Shown here piece after piece: positions 1 to 12,258 of a DNA stretch of 64,000 bases. The notes below the pieces were generated by a model. That model worked only from the letters and a program-made list of their open reading frames with translations, had not been told where the DNA came from and made no database searches. Source of the DNA: Malacoraja senta (Eukaryota); assembly GCA_038087875.1 (NCBI GenBank), contig CM075989.1, positions 1,178,001 through 1,242,000 of the forward strand, written 5' to 3'. Within the stretch, counting starts at the first letter, position 1. Each line of letters begins with the position of its first letter. The position numbers and the translations under genes were made by a program.

Positions 1-684
1 TGCACAGTTCAGTCTCCCAGAGAACAATACCCTTCAGAGATAAATAATTGGTTGTAAAGTATCTGGGGACAAGCTGAAATCTAGCAAAATTTCTTTTTAA
101 TCTCTTCACCTTGATCCATACCTTTCCTTTGAATCTTCTGCACTGTGACTGCACTACTAATATCACCGGCTAGTGTCCCTGCTTTGAATTTTCCTCACAC
201 CATTCACCTGATTGCTATTCCAGTTTCCGTTCAATCATTCCTACTCCTTTTCTTTGTATTTTCCTTTGCATTTGCATCGCTAGTTGCACATACAATTTAC
301 AACCGTACATTTTGATTGTCGGGATACTATTGGTAAATATATTTATTTTGATTGATCGCAAACCAGTTCACCTGCTGAGTTTGTGGTCAAGTGGGATGCA
401 GAAATATAAAGATCATTGGTATTTCAGCTCTGTTATCAGTTGCCCGAGAGTTCCTTTGCCAAGAAACTCTTGAGATTGTTGTGCAGTTGCACTGTGGTGT
501 TGTGGGAGATGTTAGTGCTCAGATTATAATGGCATGAATTGTATTATAATCTGTAGCAGGTTGTGTTACGAGGTTCAAGGCGCAGCTATAGAAACGTCCA
601 CAGGGGGCCACTGTTGTCCATTAATTGGGTGAAAGGGAAGGTTCAGGGTAAATCTGATGGCCTGTTGTTGACCATATATTTCAG

Positions 685-894
685 AATGGAACAGCAGGCG
701 AGCTGCGGACAGTGGCTACATCCACAGGCTCTTGAAACTATATGAGGACTGGCATCAGCGAGACAACAGCAAACCATTATGTTCCCATCCAGCGGGGCTC
801 TGCTCAAATGCATCAACAACATCACCAGTCTCCGCAAGGGAAGAAATCCTTTCTCGAGGCTGATGGGATGAGCGTCCTGCTCAACACCTCACGG
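685..894 (+). CDS. AGBL1: AGBL1/CCP4-like exon (N-terminal region); reading frame disrupted by three 1-nt indels as assembled
   Basis: Acceptor tttcag|AA, donor cgg|gtaagt. Corrected reading (K)WNSRRAADSGYIHRLLKLYEDWHQRDTANHYVPIQRALLKCINNITSLRKGKKSFLEADGMSVLLNTSR resembles the recalled CCP4/CCP1 segment 'NGRRAV.RGY...DWH.HDTAN...GMEILFSTTQ'. Needs two 1-nt deletions and one 1-nt insertion. Confidence 0.8.
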
Positions 895-999
895 GTAAGT
901 TTTCTCAGCCCCAAGATAACACAAAATGTCCACGGCTTAATCTTTGTCCTTGTACCACATTGTGGGGGAGTTTCAGAAAGTGTAGGTCATCGAGTCATA

Positions 1000-2530
1000 G
1001 CGTGATACAGCATGGAAACAGGCCCTTCAACCCAACGTTTCTATAATGACCAACGTGTCCCATCTGCAGTCGTCCCACCTGCCTGCATATGACCCATATC
1101 CGTCTAAACCCGTCCTATCCATGTACATGTCTAAATGTTTAAATGCACCTCCAGTTTAAATTCCATTTGGAATATTTTGGAGGACCAAGAAACCAAGAAC
1201 CAAGAAACACTGTGATAGTACCTGCCTCATCTACCTCCTCTGACAGCCTGTTACATACACCTAGTGGAATCAAGGAGTATGAGGAGAAGGCAGGCACTGG
1301 TTACTGATTGTGAATGATCAGCCATGAACACAATGAATGGCAGTGCTGGCTCGAAGGGCCAAATGGCTTCCTCCTGCACCTATTTTCTATGTTTCTATGT
1401 TTACCACCCTTTGTGTGAAAAAATCACCCCTCAGTTTCCTATAAATCTTGCCCTTAAACCTATATCCTCTGGTACTTGATTTCCTTTCTCTGAGCAAGAG
1501 ACTCTGAGCTTCTACCCGATCTATTCCTCTCATGATTTTATGCACCTCTATAAGAAGAGCCTTGTCTTCCTGTGCTGCAAGGAAGGTAGTCCCTGAGGCC
1601 CCATGAGGCGCTAGTTAGGCTGCATTTGGAATATTTGTGTGCAATTTTAGGCCACCATATCTGAGGAAGAATGTGTTGGCTCTGGAGAGTCCAGGGGAGG
1701 TTGACAAGAATGATCCCAGGAAAGAGTAAAATTAACCTATGATGAGCATTTGTTGGCACTGGGCTTGTACTCACTGGAGTTTAAGATGAATGAGGGGGGA
1801 CCTCATTGAAACATACAGAATAGTGAAAGGTTATAGAATAGAGTAGATGTGGAGAGGATGTTTCCACTAGTGAGAAAATCTAGGACTAGAAGTCATAGCC
1901 TCAGAATTAAAGGACGTTCTTTAGGAAGGAGATGAGGAGACATTTATTTAGTCAATGTGGTGAATCTGTGGAACTCTTTGCCACAGAAGGCTTTGAAGGC
2001 CAAGTCAGTGGATATATTGAAGGCAGAGATAGATATATTCTTGATTAGTATGGGTGTCTGAGGTTATGGGAAAAAGGCAGGAGAATGGGTTAGGAGGGAG
2101 AGATAGATCAGCCATGATTGAATGGGGGAGTAGACTTGATGGGCCAAATGACCTAATTCCGCTCCTATCACTTATGATCTGGTGATCTTATGATTAACTC
2201 AGGTCCTGGAGTCCTGGCAACATCCTCGTAAATCTTCTCTGCATCGTTTCCAGTTTGACATTTTTCCCTATAATATGGTACCCAAAACTGGACACAGTAC
2301 TCTAAAATGCGGCCTCGCTAATGTCTTATACAACTGCAACATGACCTCCCAACTTCTATACTTAATGTTCTGACTGACAAAGGCCAGTTGCCAATGCCTC
2401 TTTGACCCCCCCCCCCCTATCTACCTGTGATGCCACTTTCAACAAACCATGTACCAGTACTCCTCTGCTCTATAACACTCCCAGAGCCCTACCATTCACT
2501 GTGGTATCTGCCCATATTAGTACCCCCAAA
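1000..2530. mobile_element. Cluster of degraded, interleaved CR1 3' fragments in both orientations
   Basis: Contains CR1 RT C-terminal remnants and the tails ggctcgaagggccaaatggc...tttctatgtttctatg also seen on the longer CR1 copies in the window. Boundaries approximate. Confidence 0.75.
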
Positions 2531-5139
2531 ATTCAACACCTCCCATTTCTCTGTGAGAATCAAAGAAAGGCAGCCACACAGTGGAGAGAGCTTGAAGAGG
2601 TTTTCACAGGTTTAGCTGAAGATTGAAATGGATCATAAAGACTGCCATGTAGGTGTTGGGATGTCCCAACACTGTGTTGGGTGCTGGAGGTGGGCGGTGA
2701 GGGAGGATCAGAGACCTACGATACCCTGAAATACCCCCACAGGGGGATCAGGAGTATGGAATGATGGGGAATGATCTGTGCACACGACCTGTGGGAAGCA
2801 AGGATGAGAAGTAGCAGCAAAAAACAGAAGGCCAGGTGTGAGGGGCGGCAGTCTGGGAGGCAGGAAGGGGTAATGGGCAATTTCTGTCACTATGATTACC
2901 TCAAAATGAACTCAAAGCTATTTTGGAATCAGACCCACAACAGCTAAGCAGTGGCTTGAAACTGAGGAAAGTATGGAGTGTTCCGATCCCACACAACCCT
3001 TTCTTTTTATCCAGAGATGCTGCCTGACCCACTGTTACTCCAGCACTTTGTTCCTTTCTTCAGTGTAAACCAGCATCTGCAGTTCCTTTCTGCATTTGGG
3101 TCCCACAATGTAGGAGGGTGATTCTGTTTTTAAGAAGGAACTGCAAATGCTGGAAAATCGAAGGTAGAAAAAGTGCTGGAAAAACTCAGCGGGTGCAGCA
3201 GCATCTATGGAGCGAAGGAAATAGGCAACGTTTCGGGCCGAAACCCTTCTTCAAACTGAGAACTGAGTTAAGGCGGGTCGATGACAACATTTACAAGATA
3301 GTTGGACGTACATAAATACGAAAGGTTTGTAGGGATATGGGCCAAACGCAGGCAAATGGGACAGATATGGCGTCTTGGTCAGCATGGATGAGTTGGGCTT
3401 AACGGCCTATTTCCGTGCTCTTGTGACTCTTTGAATCTGTGGAAATTAAAGATGGATGGAACTGTTTCCTATCAATCCCGTGGACAAACCTGAACTTGTA
3501 CAAACCTGGTCCAGGGCTGTCGAGTCAGTGTATTTACCTCAATGTGTAACTGCCTATGTCAGAGCTGAACTATTCAGGAGTTTTGCATTGGTATCGGTTT
3601 ATTATTGTTACATGTACAATGAAGACCTTTTGTTTGTGCTATCGGAAAACACTATGCATGAATACAATTTTACTTCGGAGTCACGTGAGTGACTACGTGA
3701 AGAAGGCCGTCAGCATGCATATGCGTCATTACGTCTGACGCATTGCGCAACGACTGGCTGGCAGGCTCCTCCAGCGGTAAGTTTAAACCTGCAGGTAAGT
3801 TTTGAACCTATTTCCAGATTCTGTTTTTTTCTTGCAGGAATCTCTTCTTACTTATCCAGAGTTTTTCCGGCTGGATAATTTCAGGGCGAAGTCCGGAAGG
3901 TCCGCGGGGAAACCGGTTATGGACCGTGGGAGATCCCGGTCCGGACCGCGGGTAGCCGGCGGCCGTCGGGTTCGCTACCCAATTCGCTGACAATGCGGTC
4001 AGCGGCTCCCAGACTGCTGTGGTTCTCCAGAAAGGGGGTAAAGCCAAAAGTAAGTCGGTTTCGCCACCCGAGTCGCTGACAGTGCGGTCAGCGGCTCCCA
4101 GACCGCTGTGGTTCCCCAGAAAGGGGGTAAATCCAAAAATAAGTCAGTTAGGCCTATGGACTCGGAAGAGTCAGGTCAGGAGGGTTCCCCTCCGACAGAC
4201 CTGCATAGGTCCTCGGACGTTTAACCCAGATGGAGCATGGAAAGCGCCCTCGGGCGTTTATCCCACAAATGTGATGCTCCATCCTGATATAGGTCCGTAG
4301 GAGGGGCCATATCAGCGCAGGTATCCTCAGGGGCCTGCGGCAGCACCTGTTTCAGGGCTGCCTATGAATCTCCCTCTCTGTGGTGGGGAGTGCGAGTGGT
4401 CAGTGTCTAACTGACTTCAAATTCGAAAGTATGTCCGTGGAACATACTGGAGCACATGCGTATGGCTTCAAGGGAATTCTCGCAAACGAAGGTGTTGCTG
4501 CCGGAAGAGTTGGTTTCCAGCCATTGGCAGAAAACCCGGAAGGTGCCAGAGTTCCCCTCACGCTACAAGTGCCGGCAGTGAACAGCGCTATCAGGGGTGA
4601 CAATGGAGGGGGCATGAAATCCAGGAAATGAGACCAGCCGTCGAATCTTCTCTTCAGGTAAGACCTATCCAACAGATAAGACCTGGATGAGGAAGCAAAA
4701 GCTGTCGGACTAATCAAGGTACCAACGACGAGCAAAGCTTCATCGTTTCGGCGACGACACACCCCACGCCTCCATCGGCAGTAAGCGGTTCACTGAAGCT
4801 GATGGCAGCTTGAAAGCTGGGCAGAGGTCTTTCAGGCCAAGGCCCAAGCCGGTCTCAGGAAAAATATGGAATCAACGCACCCTACCAGTCCTACTCTCCA
4901 ATCAAGGACGGAAATAGAACCCCATCAGGGGCCTTTGAGCTTACCATAAAACCACCGGTAACCATGGAGGTAGGTGGGTCTGGTTCTTCTGAAACATGGG
5001 GTATGTGGACCATTTACAAGTTGGTAATATTTACATTTGTTTTTTCTACAAATGACAATGATGACATGAGATTCAGATCTGTTTATAAACTAAAATTATA
5101 ACATGTGATTAGTTTATACTGCTCAGTATAAAGGGTTCC

Positions 5140-5450
5140 AAGCAGGCTTGGAATTGGGGCCACAGTTGTTTTTCGAGGAAGGCTCAGTATTATGGCCAGG
5201 ATTGCCTTTCGAGACAAGCTCGGAAATATGGTCAGAGTTGTCTTTTGAGGCAGGCTCAGAATTATGGCCAGAGTTGTCTTTTGAGGCAAGCCCAGTATTA
5301 TGGCCAGGATTGCCTTTCGAGACAGGCTCGGAAATATGGCCTGAGTTGTCTTTCGAGGCAGGCTCAGTATTATGGCCAGGATTGCCTTTCGAGACAGGCT
5401 CGGGAATCTGGCCAGAGTTGTCGTTCGAGGCAGGCACGGAATTATGGCAG
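5140..5450. repeat. 36-bp minisatellite, about 8-9 diverged units, inside the DIRS element
   Basis: Unit close to attatggccagagttgtcttttgaggcaggctcag(a/t), with an alternating variant attatggccaggattgcctttcgagacaggctcgga. Confidence 0.9.
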
Positions 5451-7825
5451 GCATTGCCTGTTCATTGTGAAAGATGGAGGATGTCGGTTCATCATTGATT
5501 TAACTCGCATGTGCAGTATAGACTTTTTCAGAATAGGAAACTTCGTTACTGTCTAACATCTGATTTCCATAGGATCTTTATGGCATGCATCGATCTCAAA
5601 GATACATACTATTCAGTTCAGAAATTTATCTGGATGGGGCAATGATAACAGTTAAAGCGTTGCAAAATGGGCTAACTCCAGCTCCCGGGTTATATACCAA
5701 ATTACTAAAACCGGTGCTTGGACTGCTCAGAGCTCAAAAACACCAGTTATGGCTTAACTGGATGATATTCTAACGCTGTATTTTGTTGAAATCAACTATT
5801 TCAGCCGCAAACTATATTTGAGAAATTGGGGTTCCTCATCCATCCAGTTAAATTTAAGTTGATACCAACTAGAGTTATTTATTACTGGGATTTACCTTTA
5901 ACTATTAATTTGTCTGTGACTCTGCCCTGGGGCAAGAGATTGGAATTAATAGAAGCCTGTATCAACCTTGTTATTATGAAGCAGCCTTCTATTCATCAAG
6001 TGTAATTGCCAATATAGTAGCTGTGTTTCAGCTGTGCAAGTTGGGCCTTTGCATTATCAGAACTTACATAGTGCAAAGTAGTAACCTCTCAAGTGCCATG
6101 TAGGTCATTGTTAACAGACCTATGCTATTACCAGCTGAAGTCACAATGGTGGACAAACAGTATTCAGCATTGCTCCAGTAGTTTTTGGTCAGTAAATCTT
6201 CAGTTATATTACAAACTGATGCTAGTGCTCAAAGATGGAAAATTACGAATGCCATCTCTAGTTACGGAGGCGGATGGGATTTGCATGAGTTACCAATTCT
6301 TCAGTTTATTGGTATCAACTACCTATAGACACTAGGTGCATTCTATGGGTTAAAGGGTTATTGTGCAAATATGCATAATCTGCATGCTCAATTCCAAATT
6401 GATACTTGGAATTGTGGCATAACAGTGGCGAGGAGATACATTCTCGCTACACGGGGGAGGAATGTTCTTTTATGTCTTTCCTCCATTTTGCCTCATCAGT
6501 CGGGTCTTGCATTAAATTCAGCAAGATCCCGCTTCAGGTTTTTTCGTACTGTCTGACTGGCCTATGCAGCCATGGTTCCCGCTTATGTTGGGAATAATAA
6601 TATAACCTTATATGGTTATTCTAAACATAAAACTTTGCCGGTTCAGCCTGTGACTCGGGAAACCAGCCTCTGCATGAAAAATCAATTCATTGACTTGCAG
6701 ACTCTGAGAAGACTGCTCCTGTGGCTCGGGTTGTCAGACCGATCCATGTGGGTGCTCACTGCAGAGTGCAGGGATAGCACCAAAAAAGCAGTACTTTTCC
6801 TCTACAGGAGATGGGAAGCATTTTGTTTAAATGCTAATGTTACATATAATATGGCACGGATAACTGACGTCTTGGAGTTCATTTTCAAATGGGTCTTTGA
6901 CAATAAATTAAGTTATAGTGCCATTAACTGTGCCCAATGTGACATCTCATCATATTTCCTGCAGCCAGCGGGACCCACTCTGTCGGTTCACCCTCTGATA
7001 TCCAGTTTATAAAGGATATCTTTAACACAATTCCATACGGAAGTATGGGATATTGACATTGTGTTAACACTACTTCACCAGGGGGCTCCAGCTACAACCT
7101 TATCTTTGGCCCGGCTCTCATAAGGTAGTTATCCTCATGGCGCTGGTCACAGCGCAACTGGTCCAGTCACTACATAAATTGCGACTGGACAGGATGGTTA
7201 CATCTGCAAATAATATAATATTTTATGTTTATGATTTAGTTAAGCAGAGCAGCCCAGGGGCGTCAGGTCTCAAACTAGTTTCATGGCATACCCCATGGAC
7301 CTTCGGTTATGTGTGGTCACACCTTTACAACAATACGTCAAGGTCAACTAGAGCCTTAGAGGCTCTGATACTAGCAATGTTTGTTAGTTACAAAAAACCT
7401 CATCAGTTCAGACCATCTCTAGGTGGTTAAATGGGGTTTTGGCTTATGCAGGAGTAGATACTAATATTTTCAAATCTAACTCCACCAGGGCTGCTACAAC
7501 ATCAGCAGCAAGGGTTATGTACGTTCCGCTGGACCACATCCTAGCGGCTGCAGGATGGTCTAACGAACGAGCTTTCCAAACATTTTATAATAACCCATTT
7601 CCAGACCAGGGGAATTTCCCAACTTTATTTTAGGTTCTATTTTATAGTTTCCTCCCGGAAGAGAGGGGTTACTATTATTATTATTTGTTCATTAAAAGCA
7701 TCAGCATGTTTTAAATCTATGTCATGTCTGTATGCATTATGAATGTTTCCCTTATCTGTGGTCAACTGATGCAGTTGTGCTTGTGTGGACTCATTTTCAT
7801 GGCATGAAATCACAGAGCTTTGAAA

Positions 7826-7938
7826 TCTTCACGTAGTCACTCACGTGACTCCGAAGTAAAATAGTAAGATTAAATGAGAACTTACCAGTTTGAAGTTTGA
7901 TCTTTATTTTATGAGGAGTTACGATGAGCGATTACGTG
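7826..7938 (+). other. DIRS internal complementary region (ICR)
   Basis: 7826-7861 is the exact reverse complement of 3668-3703. 7861-7938 is the reverse complement of 8085-8162 with two mismatches by eye. Confidence 0.92.
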
Positions 7939-8648
7939 CCCTCCGCTCCCAACCCTCGTATCATAAAGATCACTCGGTAGTTCTAGTTCTCTCAAATCTT
8001 ACTATATTCAGTTCAACAACTGTTATCTGTGATTTGACACCGCTGCTTTAAGGGTTGACACGCATGCGTGCTGACGGCCTTCTTCACGTAATCGCTCATC
8101 GTAAGTCCTCATAAAATAAAGATCAAACTTCAAACTGGTAAGTTCTCGTTTAATCTTACTATCAATCCAGACACGTATACATTTCCAAATGGAATAGAGA
8201 TGTAAAAGAGTGGAGCGACTGTATTGGATGACAGACGATCCTCTCCTGGGAAGAGCCGGCACAGAGCCGCCACGCTCCAGTGCCATCCTGTTATTTGCGC
8301 TGGCTCTTCATCTTTTCATCAGATTGATTTTTTTTGCAAGTTTTCTAGTTGTACAAATAATTAAGAACTCCTGATAGTGGATGTTAACAGCAAGAATGTA
8401 AGCGGCCACAAGACAGAACTTTAGCCTGAATGAAAATGAAAACTTGCTGGAGTTTAGAAGGAAAAAATCCCAAAATGTTTCCAAGTTTAGGCGGCACAAT
8501 GGCGCAGCTGGTAGATCTGCTGCCTCACAATGTCAGAGACCCGGGTTCAATCCTGACTTCAGCTGCAGTCAATGTGGAATGTGTACGTTTCTCTGTGACG
8601 TAGAGCCCACAAATGCCCCATCCAGTTTCCTCAGGGTGCTCTGGTTTC

Positions 8649-8694
<46 letters not shown>

Positions 8695-8923
8695 GTAATA
8701 GTAATAATACTACTACTACTAATAATAATAATAATACTAATACTATTACTACTAATAATAATACTAATAATAGTAATAATGCTACTACTACTACTACTAA
8801 TAATAATAATAATACTAATAATAGTAATGATAATACTACTACTATTAATAATAATAATAATAATAATTCTAATAATAATTTTAATAATAATAATAGTAAT
8901 AATACTACTACTAATAATAATAA
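8649..8923. repeat. Compound (TAA/TAC/TAG)n microsatellite
   Basis: Directly visible trinucleotide run of about 275 bp. Confidence 0.98.
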
Positions 8924-8935
8924 TTCCAAATTTCG

Positions 8936-9270
8936 GGCGGGCACAATGGCGCAGCTGGTAAAGTTGCTGCCTCACAGTGTCAGAGACCCAGGTTTGATTC
9001 TGACTTCAGCAGCTGTCTATGTGGAGTTTGCACATTTTCCCCGTGACCGTGTGGGATTTCCTTTGGGTGCTTTGGTTTCCTCCCACATCTCAAAGACGTG
9101 TGGGTTTGTAGGTTAATTGGCCTCTGTAAATTGCCGCTAGTGTGTAGGGAGTGTATGCCCAAGTGAGTTAACATATAACTAGTGTGATCGGGTGATCAAT
9201 GGTCAGTATGGACTCGGTGGGCTGAAGGTTCTGATTCTGTGTTGTATCTTTCAATCATTCATTCTATCAA
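8936..9270 (+). mobile_element. HE1/V-SINE-like tRNA-derived SINE. Related copies at about 8489-8648, 10301-10610, 12465-12727(-), 21083-21400(-), 22680-22880, 42315-42603(-), 46083-46415, 51712-51960, 54408-54717(-), 55757-55962, 58905-59215, 60080-60420, 63885-64000(-)
   Basis: tRNA-like head (tggcgcagctggta...ggtttgattc), V-domain-like core (tggagtttgcacattttccccgtgacc...ggtttcctcccaca) and CR1-like tail (gggctgaaggttctg...ttgtatct). Confidence 0.85.
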
Positions 9271-9372
9271 GATTCAGTGATGAGATGGGGTCTCTGAGCT
9301 GAGAGATCAACATATTGTAATGAATTGACTTGAGAGTCCCAGGGTCGACTAAACTGTTCCTTCCTTCTCCAG

Positions 9373-9547
9373 GCTTGTGGCTCCAGCCCAGACCTGCACC
9401 CAGTTATCAAGTTAACTACACAAATTATGCGGAAGTGTCATCCAAAACAACACCTGCCTTTGCCCAAGCTGCAAAGCTGCTATTCATTTGTCTCACCAAA
9501 CGCAGCCCACTCCCAGTTGCTGGTGGGTCCCAGCGACACTGTGCAAG
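9373..9547 (+). CDS. AGBL1: AGBL1-like exon
   Basis: ttctccag|GCT...CAAG|gtgaga; 175 nt, phase 0 to 1. ACGSSPDLHPVIKLTTQIMRKCHPKQHLPLPKLQSCYSF... matches the CCP 'IMRKCFP..RLPLP' motif. Confidence 0.85.
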
Positions 9548-10928
9548 GTGAGATCCACAGATTTACTTCAATTTCTGCTGCCTTACTGTGAAAAGGGAAA
9601 TAGAGCTCATTTAAGTTGTCGCTTTACCATGTCAGTTTTCCATCATTGCAGGGAACCTGGGTAGTTGGGCTGGTGATGGTTGGTGCAAATGCTCCAATAT
9701 TAAGGTCATGTCTCTGGTTGGTTTTGAGCAGCAGCTTCATTGGGCAGAGACCCAATCACCTTCTCTCTTGCATGCCATCATTCTGCCAATTTTCAATGAA
9801 CCATCGGATATTAGAGGCTGAAATTGAGGCAATCAAACCTTTTATACAAAATCTCGTAAGTGTAGAATGTGTCTAAGAATGCTTTCACTTGAAAAGCGGA
9901 TGCCCACACAAATGAAATACTGCAGATGATGGAAATCTGAAATTAAACCAATGAGGGAGAGTGAGAGGGAAAGTTGGGGTCGTGAGTGTCAGCAATGATG
10001 ACCAGGGGAAACTTGGCAGATGTGCTTGTGGGCAGGACATCTGCAGTTCCCTCTCAGTCTGATCTTCATGTGGCTCACACACCACTCTCTGCCTTCTGAA
10101 ACAGTCCAGTTAGCTACTGTGACCAAGGGGCAATCAGCTTTGGACAATAAATTGGCATTGAAGAGCGAGATGTCTTCGAGCCATCCACAGTGTACAGGAT
10201 AAAAGGAATAACATTTAGTGGAAGTCCAATAAAGTCCAATTATAGATAGGTAGTGAGTCTCCAATGAGGTAGATGGTAGGTCAGGACCATCAGTCTGCTC
10301 AGTGGCACAGCTGGTGGAGCTGCTGCATCAGAGTGTCAGAGACCCGAATTTAACCCTGACCTCTGGTGCTGTTTGTGTGGAGTCTGCATGTTCTCCCAGT
10401 CACTGCGTGGGTTTCTGCCAGGTGCTCCAGTTTCCTCCCACATCTTAAAGATGTGCAGGCTTGTAGGTTAATTGTCCCTCAATAAATTGCCCCTAGTGGA
10501 AGGACTGGAGGAGAAAGTGAGAATAACATAGAACTAATGTGACCGGGTAATCAATGGTCATTGTAGTCAGTGGGCCAAAGGGCCTGTTTCAATGCCGCAT
10601 CTTTCAACGAACCAAAGAAAGTGGTCACTCTACACTGGAACTGACATGATGTATGAAGATAATAGAAATGGTGCTACATGTCAGGCAGCTCCAACTCTTT
10701 TAAGGCATGGTCCCCTTTACTGGCGTGTTGTGAAGGAATTTGAAGGAATATGATTACACAGAATGACAGGGTTCCCATAAGCACTGGGCACCATGCATTT
10801 GCCCAACACCTCATTATCAGACCAATGATACAATTCCCATAAAGCAAGGCACAGGCCAAGTAACATAAGCATCAACATTGCATGGATTGTCGAGATGGAA
10901 CTGCACTGACAGGTCTGTCTTTGTCCAG

Positions 10929-11011
10929 AGGATGTCGCAGCTGAAGAAAATGAAGACCAGGATGATGATGACGATGTGAATGAGAATGAGGAACCTGGGT
11001 GCAGTGAAGAT
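10929..11011 (+). CDS. AGBL1: AGBL1-like exon (acidic stretch)
   Basis: ttgtccag|AG...GAT|gtaagg; 83 nt, phase 1 to 0, fits both neighbours; EDVAAEENEDQDDDDDVNENEEPGCSED. Confidence 0.8.
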
Positions 11012-11932
11012 GTAAGGAAACATGAACGTTACAAACCCTGCGCCATGTTGAGTCTGGCTGTAGCTGGTATTTCCATTCCGCAAGGTCGCCTCTCTAATTC
11101 CACTCTATAGCTGCAGGGCATTCTGGATGGGGAGGGGGAGGGGGAGGGGGAGCAGTCGGACATTCAGACTGGTGCCTCTTTGTAGGTAGAAGAAGGATGC
11201 CTAGTGGTTCCGCAGAGTGGTGGGAAAGAGAGAAAGACAGTCATTTCTGGATTACTGATGTAAAACAGTGGAATGGGTGATTGGAGTGATGGTGTAGGAA
11301 GGAGGACGTGATTTAGACCCATGAGGAATCCGGGTCATTTTCTGAGGAAGGTGGAAGGCAGTAGCAGAACATGAAGGAATGGGACTAAGAAAGTGGAAGA
11401 GATTATAAACAATTATTTTGGTTTGTTCTTCATATGGAAGTCATTAAATATAACTCAACAACAACAGGAACTCTGTTCTGAAACAACACTATCTATAAAC
11501 TACACTAAACTACACTAAAAAACAGAAACTAGGAGAGCATTGTAGCAAGGGAGAAATGTGACACTTGACATGATACAATGTAGGTGGGTCAGCAATGGCA
11601 AGGACGGCATAAAAAATACATCAAGGAGGACAGATCTGCCAGTACAGTGCCATCACTCATCTCGACAACGGAACACAGATAGGTGCAGAGAATGGGCAAG
11701 ACTTTGGTAGATGGAGTAGGATGTGGGAGAGCTCTCCACTTTGGAAGGAAGTATGATAAAGGAAACTATTATTTAAATGACTGAAGCAGTAAGGTGTGGG
11801 AGAGCTGGGAAGGGGAGGGGAAGGACTTGCTTTCTCCCTCCTTCCCCTTCCCCTCCCAGCTCTCCCACAGCCTACTGTCTCCGCCTCTTCCTTTCTTTTT
11901 CCTGCCCCCCCCCCCTTCCCCCCGACATCAGT

Positions 11933-11960
11933 CTGAAGAAGGGTCTCGACCCGAAACGTC
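11933..11960 (+). ncRNA. Minimal type-I hammerhead ribozyme motif in a Penelope pLTR-like module
   Basis: CTGAAGA-A-GGGT(CTCG)ACCC-GAAA-C-GTC: complete catalytic core and helix II; helix III reduced to palindromic ACGT; helix I weak. Confidence 0.7.
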
Positions 11961-12230
11961 GTCTATTCCTTCACTCCATAGATGCTGCCTCACCCGCTGT
12001 GTTTCTCCAGCTTTTTTGTCTATCTTCGATTTTTACAGCATCTGCAGTTCTTTATTAAACATATTATTTTAATGGTGAGACTCCAAAATGTTGTGGACAA
12101 AACGGATCTGGAATCTTGGCAAAAACATTAGTAAGTAGAACATGAGACCATTAGTAAATATCGCAGGTACACAAAAATGCTGGAGAAACTCAGCGGGTGC
12201 AGCAGCATCTATGGAGCGAAGGAAATAGGT

Positions 12231-12258
12231 AACGTTTCGGGCCGAAACCCTTCTTCAG
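12231..12258 (-). ncRNA. Minimal type-I hammerhead ribozyme motif (UUCG-loop variant)
   Basis: Minus strand reads CTGAAGA-A-GGGT(TTCG)GCCC-GAAA-C-GTT. Confidence 0.7.

Larger units (their letters stand above)
3668..8162 (+). mobile_element. DIRS-type tyrosine-recombinase retrotransposon, both termini present, ORFs degenerate
   Basis: Short ITRs (about 3694-3728 and 8056-8090). ICR 7826-7938 is complementary to both ends. RT remnants (DLKDTYYSV, LYTKLLKPVL, A*LDDIL), RNase H (QTDASA) and tyrosine recombinase C-terminus (FKSNSTRAA...ILAAAGWSNERAFQTFYN). Confidence 0.92.

Noticed and set aside
5083..5556. Overlapping repeat ORFs on both strands
   Set aside because: Open frames follow from a stop-free 36-bp minisatellite; no evidence of coding.
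8525..9116. Poly-Asn, poly-Leu and poly-Ile ORFs
   Set aside because: Translations of the AAT microsatellite and flanking SINEs; no splice or homology support.
11128..11151. G-quadruplex-capable (GGGGGA)n tract after an exon
   Set aside because: Short simple repeat with no evidence of function from sequence alone.
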